A stretch of DNA of 64,000 bases from Felis catus. Its lineage: Eukaryota. The translations under genes and the position numbers were made by a program. Location of the stretch: NCBI RefSeq assembly GCF_018350175.1, contig NC_058369.1, forward strand, positions 163,184,001-163,248,000, written 5' to 3'. Positions 51,452 to 64,000 of this stretch are shown piece after piece (within the stretch, counting starts at the first letter, position 1; each line of letters starts with the position of its first letter). The notes below the pieces were generated by a model, which worked only from the letters and a program-made list of their open reading frames with translations, was not told the origin of the DNA and made no database searches.

Positions 51452-51693
51452 CAGTAAAACCTTGGATTGCGAGTAACTTGTTCTGCGAGTGTTCCGCAAG
51501 ACAAGCAAACATTTCTGTTAAATGTTAACTTAATAAACGAGGGATGTCTTGCAATAACGAGTCGTACGTGACCCCGAACATTGCAGGATCACAACTGAGC
51601 CAATGGTTCTTGAAATGCGCTTTGATGTGTGACCGCTTTGGATGACAAGCATGTTTCCGGAAGAGATTATGCTCGCAAACCAAGGTTCTACTG
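51452..51693. mobile_element. Non-autonomous Tc1/mariner (pogo/Tigger-type) MITE, 242 bp
   Basis: 22-bp terminal inverted repeats CAGTAAAACCTTGGATTGCGAG / CTCGCAAACCAAGGTTCTACTG (2 mismatches); TA on both flanks (51450-51451, 51694-51695). Confidence 0.9.
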
Positions 51694-54600
51694 TATTTAA
51701 AAGTTTCAAGCAACCAGTCCACAGGCACGGACTTCCTGAGCACCTGCCACGACCCCGATGATTGATCGCCAACAGATCCACTGAGATCGCAAACAGATCC
51801 TACTGGATTTGCAGTAGGTTTTTGTCGCTGTGCGTTTTTCTTAAAATCTCAAGCGGCCTGCTGTTGTGGGAGCACCACCACAAACTTTTTCTTGTCACGG
51901 GGTCTCACGCACTCCTGCGGTTTTGTGCAAGGATGGAAGGGGGGGTGTGAGCCCAGGCCCCCCTCTTGCGAGATAAATGGGTGCGTCGGGGGCCCCTGGT
52001 GGGCAGCGCCTTGTTACCGGTGGGTTGGCCGCAGGCCTCGGTGTAGCTCACGTCACTTTGGTTTGGCCTCCGCATCCCATGCGGCTGCTGCTCGGCCCTC
52101 CTTGCGTCCCCTCTCAGCCCCTTGCCTCTCTGTTGCCTGGACCTGGAGGGTAATCCTGAATTTCGGGTGAGGGAAGAAAGGAGGGCGGGGAAGGGCCATG
52201 ACACTTCCCCGGGCTCCTTCCGTCTCCGCAGGGCGGGCCCGCAGGTTCTCGAGTGCGGACTGGTGAGCTGCTGGTGGACGGGGTCACGTGAACGGCCCAA
52301 TCTGTGGACTAGGTGGCCTTCTGCCTGTCAGCTTTACACAAGGTCAGACGGAGCACTGGCCGGGGAGGTGCACCCAGTCAGGGAATAGGGTGCTGATTGC
52401 GCGGCCTGGGGCACAGTCGGAGAAGGGCGAGCCCAGTCTTGGTGCCTTGCAGGCCAGGAGGGCGGAAGAAGCCACTGACCCAGGATTCAAGGTCACTGGT
52501 TAGCAGCCGGGCCTGGTTTGGCCTCCAGGCTTTTTTGCCTCATGGTGACCTCCTTCTAGCTCACAAGAGGAGAGGTGGCCTGGGCCATCCTGCTTGTCAC
52601 CTCTCCTTCAGCCATGACCCATGGCGGTGGTGCCAAGATGCTACACGGAACCAGCAAATGTCACAATATTCTCTTTACTGTGTCTGGCATTTTAGGCAGG
52701 GGCTGTTTTTGTAGGCTTTCCTGGTTTATGTTTTGCCTTTAATTTATGGGTGTGTGTGTGTGTGTGTATGAATAGCGGAATATATATATTCTAGCAGAAA
52801 CTTTGTAAACGTGTGTGCAGTTGGAAGACGTGTGGCACAGAGTAAAGCCCCCCATTAGCCCATAGTTCTCAGTTGGCTCCCTTGGTCTGTCTCAGCCCAC
52901 TCTCCTCTTGTGGAAAGGAGGCGCCCCCCTGCTCCCTGCTCGGGGGTGAGGTTATCCTGGACCACACCCAGGAAGGTGTATCCCGTTTATTGCAGCAATA
53001 AATGCTAGGTTCCTTTTACTCCTCTGCTCTTCTAATAGCAGGAAGGGCCTGGATTCTTTGTCCAGAGAGCCACTAGGGAACCTGCGGATGGGGTGGGCCG
53101 GGCATCCCTTTGTGATAGCTTCGATGGGACACCTCCGAGCCAACCCAAGGAGACAGAGGCTGTCATCTCGTAGGCCTCTCATCGTCCCGAGCCTCGGCAC
53201 TGTTGGGAAGGAGACCCTGTCCTGAACTAGGTTAATAGGTTCTCTTGTCATTTCCTGGGCCCCAGTCCCCCTGCCGGCTGGGGCCTCGGGGCTCTGCACC
53301 TTTCCCCCTGGACCCCGAGTAGTCTTGGGAAGAGAGCCTCATGGAGGTGCTCGGCCGGCTGGGGTCTAAACCTGGTCTGTCTAGCTCCAAGGCCCACCCT
53401 TCCAGTTTGAGGCCCTCGATCCTCACAGGGCCTAGAGCGGTTGGTGTTCTTACCCCAGCTGGCCTGTGTCATAAGCTGGTATCTGCTTCCCCTGTGGGCA
53501 CAGAGCCCTGCTGTCACTTCCAGAGAATGCTTGGCCAACAACCAGGGGGCCTCCCTGCTCTGTAGCCAGCCCAGGAGCCCTGCTGGGCACTGGCGGTCCT
53601 TCAGGGAGCCTCCTAACTGTATCACTGTGCTCTGTCCCGCTCTGGGGCCATAGTGCTGCCCAAGGGGCCCTCTCCTGGCCGTGTGGGCCCCTGCTGGCCT
53701 GAGGAGCAGGGCCAAAAGTTGGGAGGCCATTTATGGTGGGGGCCAGGTGTCCTCGTTCTGAGGCCTGTGTCTTCTCTCTGGCAGGAGGGTCGGGAGGGGT
53801 CTCCCACTGGAGTCTGCGGAGCTGGCTCTCCGCTGGCTTGGGCCTGGCTCTGGACCTTCGTGGAGTGACAGCAGGCGGGAGGAGGCATGCCTGGTTCTCT
53901 GTCCTCCCTCTTGGAGTTCACGCTCCTCCCCGAGGGGTCAGAGCTGGGTCAGAGCTGCGAGATCACTGAAAACACGGGTGTCGTGCTTGCTCTGTATGCT
54001 TCTGACGGGTCCGCTGGCTCAGGCCTGAAATGCCATTCCTGTCCAGTAAGGAAGCTTCCCTGGGAAGTATGGGAGTGTGGCCCTGCCTCCATCAGGCCCG
54101 TGCCAGGCGGAGGTGGGGAAGGAGCCAAGTACTGGCAGAGAGATAGCCCTGAACTGACCTACACTGTGTGACCCTCACTGGTGGGTGGCTTGACAGGGTG
54201 ACCGTGGGTGAGGCCCCGAGCAGAGGCCTTCCCTCATCTCAGCGGCCTCGGCTGTTCCGTTGAGCCGCCACCGAAGAAAAATCGTGTCTCCTGCAAGCGT
54301 GCGTGCCTCGGGCCGTGATGGGGTTTGTGCACGGTGACCTGGTGTGGAAGGGCGGCCGAGTGGGTACCAGGCAAGCCTGGCTGCTTTGATAGGCACGGCG
54401 AGACACTGTTTTACTGGAATAGTGGTTTGATTATGAAAATTGCTGGCGTAGTGTGTTTTTCAACTATTCAAATGTGCCACCCCACACTCTGGCACTTTGT
54501 GTTTGGGCTGCAAACGCGGCAAGATTGACGGCTCTTGCAGCGGTGCGGGGAGCTGCAGGGTTCTATGGGGTTCTACGTTAAGGGCGGCAGGATCAGATCT

Positions 54601-54892
54601 GGGATCTCGGAAAGAACGGTACTGAAAAGGTTAACTGGCCAATGGTTCTCCTTACGTGCCAGGCACCGCCCCGCGCGCGCGCCTCCTGGTCATTCTCTGG
54701 ACATCCCTACAGGGTGAGTGTGACCCCCATCCTGCAGGTGGGGGCAGGGAGATGGAAAGACACGTGCCCAGCGTGGCCCCCAGATGATGGCGGAGGCGGG
54801 ACCTGACCCCGGAAGGCTGGTCTCAGAGCCTGTGCTCTCGGCCAGCATATGCGGCTGCGCCATGAAACGGAGAAAAATTTTAAAACACGGGA

Positions 54893-55109
54893 GGGGGTGC
54901 CTGGGTGGCTCAGTTGGTTGAGTGTCTGACTTCGGCTCAGATCTCACGGTTCATGGGTTCGAGCCCCGTGTTGGTCTGTGTACTGACAGCTTAGAGCCTG
55001 GAGCCTGCTTCAGATTCTGTCTTCCTTTCTCTCTGCTCTTTCCCCACTCACCCCCTGTCTCTCTGTGAAAAATAAATAAACGTTAAAAAAATAAATAAGT
55101 AAATTTAAA
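54893..55109 (+). mobile_element. SINEC_Fc with 12-bp TSD
   Basis: taaaacacggga at 54881-54892 and 55110-55121. Confidence 0.93.
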
Positions 55110-55295
55110 TAAAACACGGGAGAAAATTTAAAGAATATTATCTCTTCTGGGGATAAGAGGGATCCTCTTAAGCCAGATAGGAAACCTAGAATTTATAAAG
55201 GAAAAGACCTGACAGATTCCCCCCCCCACCCCCAGCTTTTTATTTTGAAAAATGACCACCACAAAAGGCATCGTTAACATTTTAACACGTGTGCA

Positions 55296-55495
55296 GGGCG
55301 CCTGGGTGGCTCAGTTGGTTCATGGTCTCACTGTTGGTTTCCGCTCAGGTCATGATCTCGCAGTTTGTGAGTTCAAGCCCCACATCAGGCTCTGTGCTGA
55401 TGGTGTGGAGCCTGCTTGGGATTCTGGCTCTCCTTCTCTCTGCCCCTCACCTGCCTGTGCACTCCCTCTCTCTCTCAGAATAAATAAACTTAAAA
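55296..55495 (+). mobile_element. CAN-SINE
   Basis: gggcgcctgggtggctcagttgg...(ct)n...aataaataaa. Confidence 0.9.
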
Positions 55496-57192
55496 ACAAC
55501 AACAACAACGTACATTTGCTCCTTCCTCTCTCCTCCCCGCCTCACATTCTTTTTGGCGATGGGAGCGGTCAGCAGCTGTCGACGGGGTGGTGCTTCAGCT
55601 GGCATCTCTAGCGCTGGCACGTTCTTCCACGTCACAAAATACCGTTGTCCTACCCGAGAGAATGAGCAAGAATTGTCTGACATCACTTGAGAGCTCACCC
55701 ATAACTAAATTTCCTCAGTTACCCCCAGATACCTTCCGTAACCTTTTTGTCTTTCCAAATCGGGATGGGATCGGGATGGAACAGGATCCATCAAGATGCT
55801 TTTTTCCCCATCACGCGGCCTTTGAAGAGGCTGGGTCAGATTTCTTGTAGCGGGTCCGGTCCGTGCCCCGGATTCAGATGCTGTTGCTGGTTGGCTGTAT
55901 CGACGTTCTTCCTCTCTTCCCCCCCTGCCCCCGCCCCTGCCCCCTCGTGCCGCCCAGGACCTGGAGTGAGGTCTGGGGGTTGATGAGATCCAGGCTAAAC
56001 CCTGTTGACAGGGTTACCCCCTATTGTGTCACATCTGGCCCTGCTGTTAGTGATGCCGAGGAGGGAACAGTCTGGAGGGGCCATTTCCTCCCGTCCAGTA
56101 GTTGCAAAGTGGGCTGGGGCTTGAGCACCTTGGAAGTAAGCTGCCCGCAGGGACCTCACCCTCTCTGGGGCTGGTTCGCAGGCACCAGCGATCCTCGCCT
56201 GCATCGGTTGTGTTAGGGTGGCCACGGGCTGATTTTCTCAGGCGCGTGTTCCTTCTGCGAGTCCTAGCTGGCATTAATCTTCGATCGAGCAGAGCTTCGC
56301 CCCAGCCCGCCTCTTTTTATGATCGCTGTTTCACGGATTTTTGTTGTTGTTGTTGTTCAGACGTTCTAATAGAATCCATTACAAAATTAACAGATTTAAT
56401 TACGTTTCTGTGGACTAGAGTAGGAGAGTTTGCTTGCCGTGTCCATATGCCAGTTAAATGCTTACGATGCCTGTGATACAGAGTTCCCGCGAACCGTTAA
56501 GAAAAAGATTTTTAAAATTCCAAAGACAAATGGGGAGAGCACAGGGCCAGAAAGACACTTCAGAGAAGAGGAGGTGAGCGTTGTTGGTAATCATGAAAAG
56601 ATGCTTAACCTCATGAGTCATCGGGGACCCAGATCAGAGGAGTGAGGTCCTGGGCTCCCCTGTCTGACAGCGGGCGGCCAGCGCATAGCCATCGATGCTG
56701 GCCGGAGGGCCGCTGTCGGGCCGCCTCGCTCGTAGGAGATTGGGTCGATGAGTTGCTGTTTGGAGAAGCCGTCAAACACGATCCATTTACACGAAAAACT
56801 CATCTGCCTTTGAACACAACTGTCCTACTTTTGGGCCTGTAGCCCATGGAAAGAAACAGCTTGTAGTGGCTTAAAAAATTAAAAAAGGAAGCCACCAGGA
56901 TGCCGTCGGATAGGGGAATGGTTGGATAAGGGTGGTGAGTATGCGCCGTGACACGTGAAGGTGGTAACAAACCAGGGTGAACGAGAACTGAGTCCACAGC
57001 GGGGGGTGTTACAAGAGCATTCTGGAAGCCGCTGGCACAGTTCGGTGCAGGGCTGGAGGCCCAGTCCTTTTGAGGTAGTGGGGGGCTGGATACTCATTCT
57101 GGAAACTTCCTCCCGAAGGAAAGGGACAGGGGGCCAAAAGCAGTTCTTGAGTGTGTTGTGAAAACGGTTTTATACCCTCAAGTAAAATTTTA

Positions 57193-57375
57193 AGGGGCGC
57201 CTGGGTGACTTCATCTCAGGCCATGCACGATCTCACAGTTAGTGAGTTCGAGCCCCGCGTCGGGCTCTGTGCTAATGGCTCAGAGGCTGGTGCCTGCTTC
57301 GGATCCTGTGTCTCCTTCTTTCTCTGCCCCTCTCCCGCTCGTGCTCTCTCTCTCTCTCTTTCTCAAAAATAAATA
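57193..57375 (+). mobile_element. SINEC_Fc with 5' internal deletion
   Basis: ggggcgcctgggtg joined directly to acttc...gagttcgagccccgcgtcgggctc. Confidence 0.88.
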
Positions 57376-57772
57376 CACGTTAATTTTTTTTTTTAATTTT
57401 AAGAAGATGGAAAGGGTACATTTGCTATATGTACTAGCCCTAGCTCGCTTTCTTATCTTGTGTCTCACCCAGAGCCGGGCTTGGAAGAAGGCTCTCGTGA
57501 GTCCTCGTTAGAATGCGTGGTGACCCCAGAGCAGCTGCAGATGTTGGGGCTGGGGGCTGGCCAGAGCAGGGCTTTGGGGGGCCGAGCGAGCAGCCAGCAG
57601 AGCGCAGACTCGCCTGTGTTTCTGGTGAACCGGCTTTCCTTTCCTCGTGCAGCTCTGACCCCCAAGCGTAACAGCCTTCTGGCTGCTTCCGTTTCATTTT
57701 CCTTTTACAAAAGTCGTGTGCTCCCTGTAAACGTTTTGGACAGCAGAGTGAATAAAACAGACATTTCGCAAT

Positions 57773-57982
57773 TTTTTTTTAAATGTTTTTATTTATTTTT
57801 GAGACAGAGATAGAGCATGAGCAGGGGAGGGACAGAGAGAGGGGGAGACACAGAATCCAAAGCGGGCTCCAGGCTCTGAGCTGTCAGCACAGAGCCTGAC
57901 GCGGGGCTCGAACTCACGGAGTGTGAGATCATGACCTGAGCTGAAGTCGGACGCTCAACCGACTGAGCCACCCAGGCTCCCC
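57773..57982 (-). mobile_element. SINEC_Fc
   Basis: Antisense full-length copy. Confidence 0.93.
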
Positions 57983-57984
57983 TG

Positions 57985-58194
57985 TTTTTTTTTTTTTTTT
58001 TTTAATGTTTATTTTTGAAAGAGAGTCTGAGAGCACATGCTCATGAGCGGGCAAGTGGGGGAGGGGCACAAAAAGGCAGGGACAGAGGCTCGGAAGCGGG
58101 TTCTATGCTGACAGCAGAGAGCCCGACTCAGGGCTCGAACTCATGACCTGAACCGAAGTTGGACACTCAACCGAGTGAGACACCCAGGCGCCCT
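57985..58194 (-). mobile_element. CAN-SINE
   Basis: Second antisense copy in tandem. Confidence 0.85.
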
Positions 58195-59169
58195 GTTTTT
58201 TAAGCAACGTTTGTGATATTAACCCATTGACACGGTCACCTTGTCCCCCCCCCCCCAGGTTTGATTTCCCTTTAATTCTATTTTTCGTTGGGTACTTAGA
58301 ATTTGTAATTGTTCTGGATTTTGTATTTTTACGTAGTTGGTCCTATTGATCCTTTTTCTGCCTGGAAATCCGACAAGCCTTGCTGCGTATTGCTTCCCGC
58401 CTCCCCCCTTCCCCGCAGCAGTAGCTGATGGGCGTCCCCTGGCTCCCCCCTTCCCCCCCTGCCTCCCCCGCCCCCCGCACTGTCGAGTGTGGGTAACCAG
58501 GGCCTTTGGGCAGTGAGGGGCGCGAGGAGGGTACGCAGAGGTGCCCCGTGTCCCTTCTGCATGTGGGCTGGCACGGGGCTTGGGCACCACCTTCGGGTGT
58601 GGGCAGAAGCGAGGCAGCAGGCACCCTGCAGGGCAGGTGGGGAGTAAGACACTCAGCTCAGAAAGCTTGCGCTCCCCCAGGGGAGGAAAGCATCTTCAAC
58701 TCAGGAGGGTGTTCTCATGGACTCGTCTCCTTCCTGACCCGCAGCCCCAGCCTCTCTGTGGCTCTGTCTACGCGGCATGAAAGTCATATGGGCCAAGGGC
58801 TCATCAGCCCCAAACAGCCTCCCTTTGCCTGTTAGAAGTAATCATTCGAGGCGGCTTTCTCCTTTGTAAGTGCCACCTCTCTCTCTCTCTCCCTCCCCCC
58901 CTCTCTCAGAGGTGTAGCTCCAGAGCCTGGATCAGGCAGGCTCTGACTGAGGCAGTGAGACTGGGGCAGGAGTTAGTTTGGAAGGTAGGGAAGGAGGAAG
59001 TTGGGGGGTCTTTTTGGAGGGAGGGCCCTTGCTAGGGAGGGCAGGGCTGGTCTTGGCTGATGCGAGGACCCGGAACGGAAGACAGGCAGGGGCTCCCCGC
59101 AGGATGAGCTCTGGGCCCAGGTCGGCCCGTGTCTGCAGAAATCTGGCCGGGCCACCCGGCTTCGGGGCC

Positions 59170-59350
59170 AGTCAGAGGGCCCGGGTTGGAATGCCAGCTT
59201 CAGCCACTACCAGCTGGTGACCTCAGGCTGTGTGACGTCTGTGCCTCAGATTTCACATCTGTAAGTTGGGGAGATTAACTACCTTTCCCAGAGGGTTGTT
59301 GTGCGGGTCAGTGTGTGTGAGGTGCTCAGTGTGGCTTACTTGTGTTCAGT
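59170..59350. mobile_element. MIR
   Basis: cagccactaccagctggtgacc...ctgtgcctcagatttcacatctgtaa...cagagggttgttgtg. Confidence 0.65.
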
Positions 59351-59808
59351 AAGTGGCTCTTATGATCAGGTGACCGGTGGTGTCCCATGTGGCTGCTGCC
59401 TTGGGTGTAGAGGGTACCGAAGGTGGCTCCACTGTCTGCAGAGCTGGCCTGTGTATGTCCAGGAGCCCAGGACCTGGTGAAGTGAGAGCAGATCAGATAC
59501 TAGCTTCGACAGCAGAGACAAGTCCAGCTAGGGATGCTGAGAGACGGCTGCAGGGTCTGGGAACTGGCAGGGGTGGAGGGAGGTGATCTCCCTGTCCAGG
59601 CCCTGCTTTCAGTTACCTTTGACGGGAGCCCATGCAGGACCCCCCCCTCCCCCCACTGCCCCCCGCACTGGGCAGGTGTGGCCTTGGGAATGGGGTAGAG
59701 CCTGGGTCTCTGCATAGGCCCCACCCCCTGTGGAAGTTACCTGCCCTGCCTTCAAAATCTGTAAGGGGAATTCAGACACTTTTAAACTTCTGTTTAAAAC
59801 TGGCCTCT

Positions 59809-60005
59809 CGGGGCACCCGGGTGGCTTAGCCGGTTAAGCGTCCATTTCTTGATATTGGCTCAGGTCATGATTTCCTCATCGTGGGATCGAACCCCTGTCG
59901 GGCTCTGCACTGAGCATGGGGCCTGCTTGGGGTTTTCCCTCTCCCCCTCTCTCTGCCCCTCCCCTGTGCATGCATGTGCCTGTTCTCGCTCTCAAAATAA
60001 ATAAG
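59809..60005 (+). mobile_element. CAN-SINE
   Basis: Sense copy ending caaaataaataa. Confidence 0.88.
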
Positions 60006-60007
60006 CA

Positions 60008-60269
60008 TTTTTTCTTTTTTTCCCCAAAAATGTTTGTTTGTTTATTTTGAGAGAGAGTGAGTGTGAGCTTGAGTTGAAGGGCAGAGAGAGACAGAGAGAG
60101 ACAGAGAGAGAGAGAGAGAGAGGGAAAGAAAGAAAGAGAGAATCCCAGGCAGGCTCTGAGTCATCAGCACAGAGCCTGATGCAGGGCTCTGTCCCACCAA
60201 CCGTGAGATCATGACCTGAGCTGAAATCAAGAGTCGGAGGCTTAACCCACTGAGCCACCCAGGCGCCCC
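60008..60269 (-). mobile_element. CAN-SINE
   Basis: Antisense copy, tail-to-tail with the previous one. Confidence 0.9.
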
Positions 60270-60524
60270 AGTATATAAACATTAAAACAAAACTGGACTA
60301 CCCAAGCCTTTCTTTTTTTTCCCCTTTAGGGTACAGTACCCCGCAGCCTCCTTTCCTTTGGGCCCCGAACTTACCCCTGTGCAACTGAGCTCCCTGGGCG
60401 GGGTCGGTGGCAGTGGGGCACCTGCTAGCAGTTCACTTTCTGTGGCGCCTCCATTTTGGAGCCGAATTTGTGCAATTATTATACTTCATCCATTCTTTCC
60501 TTTAGTAAGATACATTTTTCTAAT

Positions 60525-60737
60525 TTTTTAAGGTTTTATTTATTTATTTTGAGAGAGAGAGAGTGCCAGTGCACATGCACAGGAGGGGCAGAGAGAGAGA
60601 GAGAAGGGGGGTGGACAGCAGATCCAAAGTGGGCTCTGTGCCAACAGCTGAGAGCCCGATGCGGGCCTCGAACTCACAAATCACAAGATCATGCCCTGAG
60701 CTGAAGTCCGGCGCTTGACTGAGCCACCCAGAGGCCC
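60525..60737 (-). mobile_element. CAN-SINE
   Basis: Antisense copy. Confidence 0.85.
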
Positions 60738-60744
60738 CAAGATA

Positions 60745-60977
60745 TTTTTTTTTAAGTTTTTTTTTTTAATTTTCATTTTTTTTTTTTAAATTTTTGAGAC
60801 AGAGACAGAGCATGAATGGGGGAGGGGTAGAGAGAGAGGGAAACACAGAATCAGAAGCAGGCTCCAGGCTCTGAGCCATCAGCCCAGAGCCCGACGCGGG
60901 GCTCGAGCTCACGGACTGCGAGATCGTGACCTGAGCCAAAGTCGGACGCTTAACCGACTGAGCCACCCAGGCGCCCC
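60745..60977 (-). mobile_element. Young SINEC_Fc
   Basis: Antisense and CpG-rich; aagatatttt on both flanks (TSD). Confidence 0.93.
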
Positions 60978-61914
60978 AAGATATTTTACTTTTGTAAAAA
61001 TCGGGTGAACACAAATAAGCCCAGGCCCTGCTGCTAAGGAATGAAGATCTCATCTACTGACTGCCCTTGGAAGCCAGGGGACTGGAAGAAGCAGCAGATT
61101 GTTAGCTCCTGGGACTTGGGCCGGACCATTGCTCAGTTCTGAAGGAAGAGAACACTTTGGAAGACACATGAAATGTAGGAAACGTGTCAAAATTGGGATG
61201 GAAAGGCAAGGAGCCATTAGGAAGCACAGGCTGTAGTACGTTGTGAGTCTGGAGTCCCCAGTGCCCCCCCCCCCCCCAGGCGCTGGAACAAGGCAGCGAG
61301 GCAAGTGCCACGCCCCTGCCCCCGCAGGGTCCCAGGGAGGAGACGAGTTGATATGGCACAAGCACACTGGTTGGAAGGCAGAGGACTTGTCTGGGCAGAG
61401 CGCAGCGTGCTCGGGGCCCACGGTCCTCAGACAGCCCTGTGGCTCTTTCTCGGTCTGAGCGGGGGGAGCAGTATCTGTCTGGGTCTCTCTTAGGGTTTTA
61501 GGATGTGGCCAGGCAGAGAAAGGTCAGGAGGCTGGTCCGGGAGGTCAGGAGGGCGCACAGAGGTACTGAGCCTCGCGCAGAGTTTGTGGACAGAAAGAAA
61601 ACGAGGAAACTGCTATCCAGTAGCTAGCTGGATGCTAGAAGGCCATTTCCAGGCTGGCCAACTGCCCCGCAGGGGGTGGTCTTGGGTTCTTCCCTTTGCC
61701 CCCAACCCCCACTTGTCCCCTTGATCCTCTCCACTTCTCCACGGGGTGGTGGGGGAACGCAGCCACTGGTGAGCTCCCTGAGACCCTGACCTTGGGCGAT
61801 GGGGGCGGAGCTCCTAGTTCCTCCGTGCAACCCTGGGAGGGCCTGGGGACGGGAGCTGGCTTCTGTGCAGTCACACCTGCCTGGGCCCCTGGAGCCCACC
61901 GTCTTGGGTCTAGC

Positions 61915-62330
61915 TCTTGTCCGTCTCCTGGGCTGCCGTCACACGGCACCACAGCACATTCATTTTTATGGTCTGGAGGCCGGAAGTCTGAGATGCGCGA
62001 GTGGGCAGGCAGGGCGGTGACTCCTGTGATGGCACTCAGGAGGGTCTGTTCCAGGCCTCTGTCCTCTCCTCAGCCTGTAGACAGCCGTCTTCCTCCTGTG
62101 TCTCTGTACATCATCTTCTCTCTCCATCACCGCCCCCATGTCCACATTTCCCCTATTCGTAAGAACAGCAGTCATAGGGGAGTTGGGACCCACCCTACTC
62201 TGGTGTGACCTCATCTTGGCTAGTTACATTTGCAAGCACCCTATTTCCAAATAAGGTCACATTCCAGAGCACTGGGGGTTAGGACTTCATAATACAAGTG
62301 GGGGGGGGGGGGACAGCGCAGCCCATGACA
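61915..62330 (-). mobile_element. MLT1-type (ERVL-MaLR) solo LTR
   Basis: tctggaggccggaagtctgagat...tgacctcatctt...ttacatttgcaagcaccctatttccaaataaggtcacattc...gggggttaggacttca, diagnostic of MLT1 LTRs. Confidence 0.8.
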
Positions 62331-62569
62331 GCTTTCATCAGGTGTTCAGAGAAAGACGGGATCCAGCAGGGCCCCGGGGATCTCCGAGGTCTGCATCTTG
62401 CGGAGAAGAGAGAGAGCGAGCTAGCAAACGGACAGGCCTGTGCTGATGTGTAACTGCTGGCGTGTCCAGTTAGGTTCCCGAGTGGAAGAAAGCTGGCACC
62501 AGTTGAAATTGTGCCTGCTTCCGACAGGACTCTCCACGCTGTCACTCAGCCGGCAGGAACGGCTTCCTT

Positions 62570-62790
62570 AACTGATCACCTGCTTTGCGCCAGGCACCGT
62601 GTCGGACCCTCCGCAAATCACAGCACTGGTCTTCTAGCAACGTCAGGGGGCAAGATGGGATTACTCCTGGTTCATAGACTAAAACCCGAGGCCCAGTGAG
62701 GTTCAAGTGACTGCGGACAGACGCAGCCAGCAGGGTCCAGAGGTTGAATGTGAACCAAGTTCTTTCAACTCCAGAGCCTGTGTCTTAGTG
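62570..62790. mobile_element. MIR
   Basis: aaacccgaggcccagtgaggttcaagtgactg...tgaaccaagttctttcaactccagagcctgtg. Confidence 0.55.
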
Positions 62791-62937
62791 CACCCCACGT
62801 CTCTTGACCAGCAGTCTTTGCAGATGATTTGGGCTGTCATTTATCTCCTTAGCGGACTGTCCCAGCCAGGGACCGTCTAAGTCTGCCTCCCTCCTCACAA
62901 GGAGAATGAAAGTCAGGGTATGCAATTCGTGCTTAGC

Positions 62938-63030
62938 ATGCATGCATGCATTCATTCATTCATTCATTCAACCGTTGCGTGTCTCCTGCGTGCCGGCCCG
63001 AGGTCTAGTGGGGGAGCAGTAAACGCAGCA
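62938..63030 (-). mobile_element. L2 3' end with (CATT)n
   Basis: cattcattcattcattcattcaa...cctgcgtgccggc. Confidence 0.5.
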
Positions 63031-64000
63031 GAAAAGCACCTGAGAGGGATGAGTGTTCCACGCACGCAGTGACGAAGCTGTCGCTGTGCATCTCAGTGGA
63101 CAGTTCCTGACCCTTAAAGAGGGCCGTGTCCCCCATTACGGTAGGAATGGTGCGTTGTTGGGGAGGCCGTGGGCCAGCCTAGTCTAGAGTGTCCCCCTCT
63201 TTGCGGCCTCCCCAGCCCCCCACCCAGAGGCCCGCTCAGAGGGCTAGAGACCATCCAGCCGCCCGCAGCTCTGGGTGTGGCCCTCGCCGCTGTCCTCCTG
63301 CGGCCTTGTTCCCACCTTCCTGGGGCCTCCCTTCTCTGCGGCGCCCAAGCTGCAGGAAGATATTTTGCTGCCACCTTGTGGACAAGAAGAGCGTGGCCGA
63401 TGTTGGAGACACCAGGGTGACTCTCGGACCCCTCCGGCCGCCGGAAGGAGCCCAGATCACTTCCTCCACTCACGTGCACCCTTTGGCTTTGAGCAGAGAG
63501 CTAGCCCTTCCTCCTCTCTGAGAAGGACGTCCTCAGACTCTCTCTGGCTGGGGTGGCCTCAGCCGGGCACGGCTGCCTACTTATCAGTGGGTCACCCCTA
63601 GCAAATATTTGAGCAGAGACTAGGTCCAAGGTTGTGTGGGATTCTCAGGCTGGAGGCTGCCCTTTCCTCACACCAGTGTTCGGTTTCTGTGCAGTGCCTC
63701 CCAGGTCACGCCGTCACAGGGGTCTTTCTCTTTCCAAACCCTGGCTCCCCGGGGTTCGTAATGTCGCAGGCCCAGGCCGGTTTACCTAGTGGGTCCAGCC
63801 CACCCAGCTGTGGATACATGTAGAGTCGGCTCTTTGTCCTTCTGATATTACCGCGCGTTTTCCGTACTGTCTGCTTCCAGGTAAAGTGTGTCCATTCTCT
63901 CCCCCACCCCCCCGCTCCCCGAGTGCACACCGCAGGCATCCAGGCATCCTGCGAAATTGTGTCTTTAATTCCCCCAGAAATTGCCACGGACTGTCTCACC

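Noticed and set aside
43400-64000. Possible hidden gene or ncRNA inside AGAP3 intron 1
   Set aside because: I found no coherent exon chain, snoRNA boxes or miRNA-like hairpin I can support by eye; the content is explained by repeats and unique intronic DNA. A conservation or Infernal scan would be needed to exclude one.

Overview
Mammalian genomic DNA, almost certainly from a felid: the many tRNA-derived CAN-SINEs look like the feliform SINEC_Fc type. The window is the conserved gene-dense block syntenic to human 7q36.1. It holds the 3' end of ABCB8 (+), complete ASIC3 (+), complete CDK5 (-), complete SLC4A2/AE2 (+), FASTK (-), TMUB1 (-), and exon 1 plus the start of the long intron 1 of AGAP3 (+). 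I traced exon/intron boundaries by eye, and the spliced CDSs close in frame: CDK5 292 aa, AE2a 1237 aa, ASIC3 533 aa after removing one extra C. Most entries in the ORF track are spurious GC-rich or SINE-derived frames. Notable points: two U12 (minor-spliceosome) introns in neighbouring genes (ASIC3 GT-AG type, CDK5 AT-AC type); a +1 frameshift in an ASIC3 C-homopolymer, probably an artefact; the AE2b1/b2 alternative first exons with an HNF1 and E-box promoter; a vestigial AE2c region; uORFs in SLC4A2 and TMUB1; the mitoFASTK internal start codon; an array of ZNF143/THAP11-type motifs in the CDK5/SLC4A2 divergent promoter; an intact TA-flanked Tigger-type MITE; and inverted SINE pairs. Six N-gaps in GC-rich regions, one pair separated by a 12-bp island, suggest a reference-guided consensus. 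I found no convincing wholly new biological system. The findings are mostly regulatory or structural details and should be weighted accordingly.
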